DNA of 32,000 nucleotides from Mycolicibacterium smegmatis (GTDB lineage Bacteria; Actinomycetota; Actinomycetes; Mycobacteriales; Mycobacteriaceae): NCBI RefSeq assembly GCF_001457595.1, contig NZ_LN831039.1, positions 6,060,001 to 6,092,000 of the forward strand, read 5' to 3'. Shown piece by piece: positions 27,991 to 32,000 of this stretch (position 1 is its first letter; each line of letters starts with the position of its first letter). The notes under the pieces were generated by a model. It saw only the letters and a program-made list of their open reading frames with translations, ran no database searches and was not told where the DNA came from. The position numbers and the translations under genes were made by a program.

Positions 27991-28922
27991 GTGAAGAACG
28001 CGAACTACTACGCGAGACCGTCGCCGCGTTGGTGGAGAAACACGCATCGCCGGAGGCGGTGCGTGCGGCGATGGAATCCGAGCTGGGCTATGACCCTAAC
28101 CTGTGGCGCCTGTTGTGCGAGCAGGTCGGCGCCGCAGCGCTGGTGATCCCCGAGGAGTTCGGCGGCGCCGGCGGCGAACTGGCCGATGCCGCAGTGGTTC
28201 TGGAAGAGCTGGGCAAGGCCCTGGTGCCGACGCCGCTGCTGGGCACCACGCTCGCCGAGATCGCGCTGCTGTCCGTGGGACGCACCGAACCGCTCGAAGA
28301 GCTCGCCGAGGGCGCCAAGATCGGGACCGTGGTGTTCAACCCCGAGTTCGTGATCAACGGCGACATCGCAGACATCATGATCGCCGCCGATGGTGAAACC
28401 CTCACGCAGTGGGACACTTTCACCGCGCAGCCCAAGCCCACCATGGACATGACGCGTCGTCTCGCGTCGGTGATTCCCGGCGCGACCACGACGCTCGGTG
28501 ACGACCAGGGCCTTGCAGACACCGCGGCGCTGCTCATGGCCGCCGAGCAGATCGGTGCGGCGTCGCGATGCCTGGACCTGACCGTCGCCTACAGCAAGGA
28601 CCGTGTGCAGTTCGGCAGGCCGATCGGCAGCTTCCAGGCGCTCAAGCACCGCATGGCAGACCTGTACGTCAAGGTCGCCTCGGCACGCGCCGTCGTGCAC
28701 GATTCCATCGCGACCCCGTCATCGACGTCGGCCGCGCTGGCACGTTACTTCGCCAGCGAGGCACTGTCGGCGGTGACCTCGGAGGCCGTCCAGATCCACG
28801 GCGGTATCGCGATCACGTGGGAACACGACATTCAGCTGTACTTCAAGCGTGCCCACGGCAGCGCCCAGCTGCTCGGCCCGCCGCGTGAGCAGCTGCGCCG
28901 GCTCGAAGCCGAGGTGTTCTGA
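27987..28922 (+). CDS. fadE33: ACAD-like non-catalytic beta-type subunit FadE33 (IpdE2)
   Basis: The GTG at 27987 overlaps the fadE32 TGA (GTGA) and gives VSEERELLRETVAALVEKHA. Product is 311 aa. It has DRVQFGRPIGSFQALKHRMADL but no catalytic-Glu motif at the C-terminus. Confidence 0.9.
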   Translation: MSEERELLRETVAALVEKHASPEAVRAAMESELGYDPNLWRLLCEQVGAAALVIPEEFGGAGGELADAAVVLEELGKALVPTPLLGTTLAEIALLSVGRTEPLEELAEGAKIGTVVFNPEFVINGDIADIMIAADGETLTQWDTFTAQPKPTMDMTRRLASVIPGATTTLGDDQGLADTAALLMAAEQIGAASRCLDLTVAYSKDRVQFGRPIGSFQALKHRMADLYVKVASARAVVHDSIATPSSTSAALARYFASEALSAVTSEAVQIHGGIAITWEHDIQLYFKRAHGSAQLLGPPREQLRRLEAEVF

Positions 28923-28948
28923 AGTCCACGTGATCTAGCGTGGGTGAG

Positions 28949-30109
28949 ATGAACGACCGCGTCGCACTTCGGGCAGGGGTTCCACCGTTCTACGTGATGG
29001 ACGTGTGGCAGGCCGCGGCCGAACGCCAGCGCACCCACGGTGACCTGGTCAATCTGTCCGCGGGCCAGCCGAGTGCGGGAGCCCCTGCCCCGGTGCGCGA
29101 CGCGGCCGCCGCAGCACTCGGCCGCAACCAGCTCGGCTACACCGTCGCACTGGGCATCCCCGAGTTGCGGGAGCAGATCGCGCAGACCTACCACACCCGT
29201 CACGACATCGACGTCGGTGTCGACGACGTCGTGTTGACCACGGGATCATCGGGCGGGTTCCTGCTGACGTTCCTGGCGTGTTTCGACGTGGGTGACCGCG
29301 TGGCGATCACGAGCCCCGGCTACCCCTGCTACCGCAACATCCTGTCCGCGCTGGGGTGTGAGGTCGTGGAGATCCCGTGCGGCCCCGAGACCCGGTTCCA
29401 GCCGACCGCCGCGATGCTGGAGGCGCTCGATCCCCCGGTGCAGGGGGTGATCGTCGCAAGCCCGGCCAACCCCACGGGCACCGTGATCGCACCCGAGGAA
29501 CTGGCGGCCATCGCGCGGTGGTGCGACGCGTCGGGGGCGCGCCTGGTCAGTGACGAGATCTACCACGGCCTGGTGTACGAGGGCGCCCCGGAGACCACAT
29601 GCGCATGGGAGACGTCGCGAAATGCCGTGGTGGTCAACAGCTTCTCGAAGTACTTCGCGATGACGGGCTGGCGACTGGGCTGGCTGCTGGTGCCGGAGAA
29701 GCTGCGTCGCGCGGTCGACTGCCTGACCGGCAACTTCACGATCTGCCCGCCCGCGCTGGCGCAGTACGCGGCGCTGGCCGCGTTCACGCCCGAGTCACTG
29801 GCCGAGGCCGAGGGTCTGCTGACGCACTACGCCGAGAACCGCCACCTGCTGCTCAACGGTCTGCGCGGCCTGGGCATCGACAAGTTGGCCCCCACCGACG
29901 GTGCGTTCTACGTGTACGCCGACGTCAGCAAGTACACCGACAACTCGCTGCAGTTCTGCGAGAAGTTGTTGAACGACACAGGAGTTGCCATCGCACCGGG
30001 TATCGACTTCGACACCGTGCGAGGCAACTCCTATGTCCGGCTGTCGTTCGCGGGCCCGACGCACGACATCGAGGAGGCGCTGCGGCGCATCGGGCCCTGG
30101 CTCGGCTAG
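28949..30109 (+). CDS. aspB: PLP-dependent class I aminotransferase (AspB-like)
   Basis: I chose the ATG at 28949 (MNDRVALRAGVPPFYVMDVW) by recalled similarity to the Mtb Rv3565 N-terminus. The GTG at 28940 is an alternative. The PLP-lysine motif NSFSKYFAMTGWRLGW is present. Confidence 0.9.
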   Translation: MNDRVALRAGVPPFYVMDVWQAAAERQRTHGDLVNLSAGQPSAGAPAPVRDAAAAALGRNQLGYTVALGIPELREQIAQTYHTRHDIDVGVDDVVLTTGSSGGFLLTFLACFDVGDRVAITSPGYPCYRNILSALGCEVVEIPCGPETRFQPTAAMLEALDPPVQGVIVASPANPTGTVIAPEELAAIARWCDASGARLVSDEIYHGLVYEGAPETTCAWETSRNAVVVNSFSKYFAMTGWRLGWLLVPEKLRRAVDCLTGNFTICPPALAQYAALAAFTPESLAEAEGLLTHYAENRHLLLNGLRGLGIDKLAPTDGAFYVYADVSKYTDNSLQFCEKLLNDTGVAIAPGIDFDTVRGNSYVRLSFAGPTHDIEEALRRIGPWLG

Positions 30110-30117
30110 TTACCGGC

Positions 30118-31404
30118 TTAAAGTCCTGTGGCCGAACGTCTCCGGCGCGAGATCGCGTCCACACCCGCGGCCAGCAGCAGCACGCCACCGGTGACCAGGA
30201 AGTTGATGTAGGACGACTGGTTGAGCAGGCCCAGCCCGTTGGCGATGGTCGCGACCACCACGCCACCGATCACCGCGTCGAGGGCGCGGCCCTTACCGCC
30301 GAACAGGCTGGTGCCACCGATCACGGCCGCGCCCACCGCGTACAGCAGCGTGTTGCCCGCGCCCGAGGATGCCGACACCTTGCCCGCGTACGACGCCGCG
30401 ATGATTCCGCTCAGTGCCGCGAGCGACGAGCACGCGATGAACGCCGTAACCCTGATGCGGTCCACCGAGATACCCGCGCGGCGCGCGGCCTCGGCGTTGC
30501 CGCCGACGGCGTAGATGTGCCTGCCGTACGCCGTGCGGCGCAGCAGCACCGTCATTCCGATGAGCAACAGCAGGATCAGCGGCAGCACATAAGGGATGCC
30601 GCGGATCTCCACGCGAGGATTCACGCTGCGGTTGACGCTGAGCACGAACGTCACACCGAGAACCACGACGGCCACGGCGATCGCGCGGGCGACCACCACA
30701 CCGAGCGGCGAATGCGTCAGCTGCAGGGCCTTCTTGCGTCGGTAGTTGTAGATCTCCAGGCCCGCGAACGCGAGCACCACCACCAGCGCGATCGTCCAGC
30801 CCACGGCCACAGGAAGATTCGCGATCGTGAGCCCGCGGATCACCGGGTTGTCGACGCGGACCGAACCGCCCTCACCGATGAGTTTGAGCGTCACGCCCTG
30901 CAACCCGAGGAAGAACGCCAGGGTGACGACGAACGACGGGATACCGAGTTTGGCGCGCAGCACGCCGATGATCAGGCCGATCACGGCGCCACAGGCGATG
31001 GCGACCAGCACCGCGGCCCACCACGGCCAGCCCAGGTTCACCACGGCCAGCGCCATCGCACACGCCGCCACACCGCCTGCCACACCGGCGGACAAATCGA
31101 TGTCGCCGAGCAGCAGGACGAACACCAGACCCATCGCGAGCACACAGATGGATCCGGCCTGGGTGATGAGGTTGGCCAGGTTCAGCGCCGACAGGAAGCG
31201 GTCGTTGGCCAGGCCGAACACGACGAACAGCACGACCAGACCAAGGACGGCGGGCAGCGAGCCCATGTCGCCGCCCCGCACGCGCTGGGCGTAGCTGCGG
31301 ACCGCGTCGCCGAACGTCTGATCGGACCTGGTGTCGCCGGCGAAGCCGCCGGCGTCGGGTTGTTCACTGGCAGTTGGTTTCTCAGATGGTGCCTGAATGC
31401 TCAT
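30118..31404 (-). CDS. Sugar ABC transporter permease (ribose/xylose-type, BPD_transp_2 family)
   Basis: The ATG at 31404 (MSIQAPSEKPTASEQ...) gives 428 aa with about 10-12 hydrophobic helices and a conserved RRTAYGRHIYAVGGNAEAARRAGI loop. The 182-codon upstream extension in the ORF track overlaps the ATPase gene in another frame and is Arg/Pro-rich junk. Confidence 0.9.
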   Translation of the reverse strand: MSIQAPSEKPTASEQPDAGGFAGDTRSDQTFGDAVRSYAQRVRGGDMGSLPAVLGLVVLFVVFGLANDRFLSALNLANLITQAGSICVLAMGLVFVLLLGDIDLSAGVAGGVAACAMALAVVNLGWPWWAAVLVAIACGAVIGLIIGVLRAKLGIPSFVVTLAFFLGLQGVTLKLIGEGGSVRVDNPVIRGLTIANLPVAVGWTIALVVVLAFAGLEIYNYRRKKALQLTHSPLGVVVARAIAVAVVVLGVTFVLSVNRSVNPRVEIRGIPYVLPLILLLLIGMTVLLRRTAYGRHIYAVGGNAEAARRAGISVDRIRVTAFIACSSLAALSGIIAASYAGKVSASSGAGNTLLYAVGAAVIGGTSLFGGKGRALDAVIGGVVVATIANGLGLLNQSSYINFLVTGGVLLLAAGVDAISRRRRSATGL

Positions 31405-31445
31405 CTCGCGGTCTTTCGAATTCGTATCGGTGTTCACAACCGCTC

Positions 31446-32000
31446 TCACATCGACTCGGCGGCCTCGGCGGGCGCGAGACCGAGATTGCCCGAACGGCCC
31501 GCGGTGATCAGTTCGACCACCTGACCGTGCGTCACGTCGGCCGCGGGTACGTCGGCGGCGACGCGGCCGAGGTACAGCGCGCAGATGCGGTCGGCGACGT
31601 CGAAGACGTCGTTCATGTTGTGCGAGATCAGCACAACGCCGAGGCCCTGGCCGGCGAGGCGGCGGACGAGGTCGATCACCTGACGTGTCTGTGCGACGCC
31701 GAGTGCCGCCGTCGGCTCGTCGAGCAGGACCACCTTGGAGTTCCACAGCACGGACTTGGCGATGGCCACCGTCTGGCGCTGCCCGCCGGACAGGCTCGAC
31801 ACCGGCTGGCGCACGGAGTTCACCGTGCGCACCGACAGCGATTTCAGCGCATCGCGCGCCATGGTCTCCATGCGCGCCTCGTCGAGCATGCCGCGGACTT
31901 TGATCTCCCGTCCGAGGAACATGTTCTCGACGATGTCGAGGTTGTCGCACAACGCGAGGTCCTGATACACCACCTCGATGCCGAGCGCCGAGACGTCGTT
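31446..32000 (-). CDS. ABC transporter ATP-binding protein, C-terminal part (5' end beyond window)
   Basis: The ABC signature LSGGQRQ, Walker B VVLLDEPTAALG and the H-loop ISHN are present. The reading frame stays open to the window edge, so the gene is truncated here. Confidence 0.9.
   Translation of the reverse strand, partial: NDVSALGIEVVYQDLALCDNLDIVENMFLGREIKVRGMLDEARMETMARDALKSLSVRTVNSVRQPVSSLSGGQRQTVAIAKSVLWNSKVVLLDEPTAALGVAQTRQVIDLVRRLAGQGLGVVLISHNMNDVFDVADRICALYLGRVAADVPAADVTHGQVVELITAGRSGNLGLAPAEAAESM

Noticed and set aside
29599-31524. 641-aa plus-strand ORF
   Set aside because: It overlaps the aspB 3' end out of frame and is antisense to the ABC permease. The translation is Arg/His/Asp-rich.
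31405-31950. 182-codon N-terminal extension of the permease ORF
   Set aside because: It overlaps the ABC ATPase gene in a different frame, and its translation is Arg/Pro/Gly-rich. The hydrophobic permease begins after the ATG at 31404.

Overview
High-GC, mycobacterial-type chromosomal segment. It carries the core of the actinobacterial cholesterol/steroid catabolic island and is collinear with M. tuberculosis Rv3540c-Rv3565. The protein sequences and gene order look like a fast-growing Mycolicibacterium (M. smegmatis-like). This rests on my recollection of the Mtb orthologues; no database search was possible.

Left half, KstR-type regulon:
- The minus-strand igr operon: cyp125-fadE28-fadE29-chsH2-chsH1-ltp2.
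- It is divergent from fadA5, across a 123-nt intergenic region with two perfect KstR boxes.

Right half, KstR2 (HIP, rings C/D) regulon:
- Two SDRs, echA20-ipdA-ipdB-ipdC, fadA6-kstR2, ipdF-fadE30 and fadD3-fadE31-fadE32-fadE33, followed by aspB.
- There are three perfect KstR2 palindromes, one in each divergent promoter region.

The window ends in a convergent sugar-type ABC transporter (permease plus a partial ATPase). Genes are tightly packed, and many junctions show ATGA/GTGA/TGATG translational coupling.

Accessory, non-steroid material sits exactly at operon boundaries:
1. An Esp-like WxG/YxxxD type VII-substrate-like gene pair, a low-GC ORF-poor spacer and an atypical LuxR response regulator, all downstream of ltp2.
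2. A small ORF and a Ddn-like F420 nitroreductase after fadA5.
3. A translationally coupled pair after ipdC: a nucleotidyl-cyclase/GGDEF-like + HTH protein (SatD-like) and a polytopic membrane protein, followed by a CDF transporter.
4. A single membrane-protein gene with atypical codon usage next to kstR2, bracketed by ~85-nt direct repeats that fold into long hairpins.

Two long intergenic hairpins 7.7 kb apart share an exact 22-nt core. I recognised no rRNA, tRNA, CRISPR array, transposase or integrase. The many long ORFs antisense to the genes above are high-GC artefacts.
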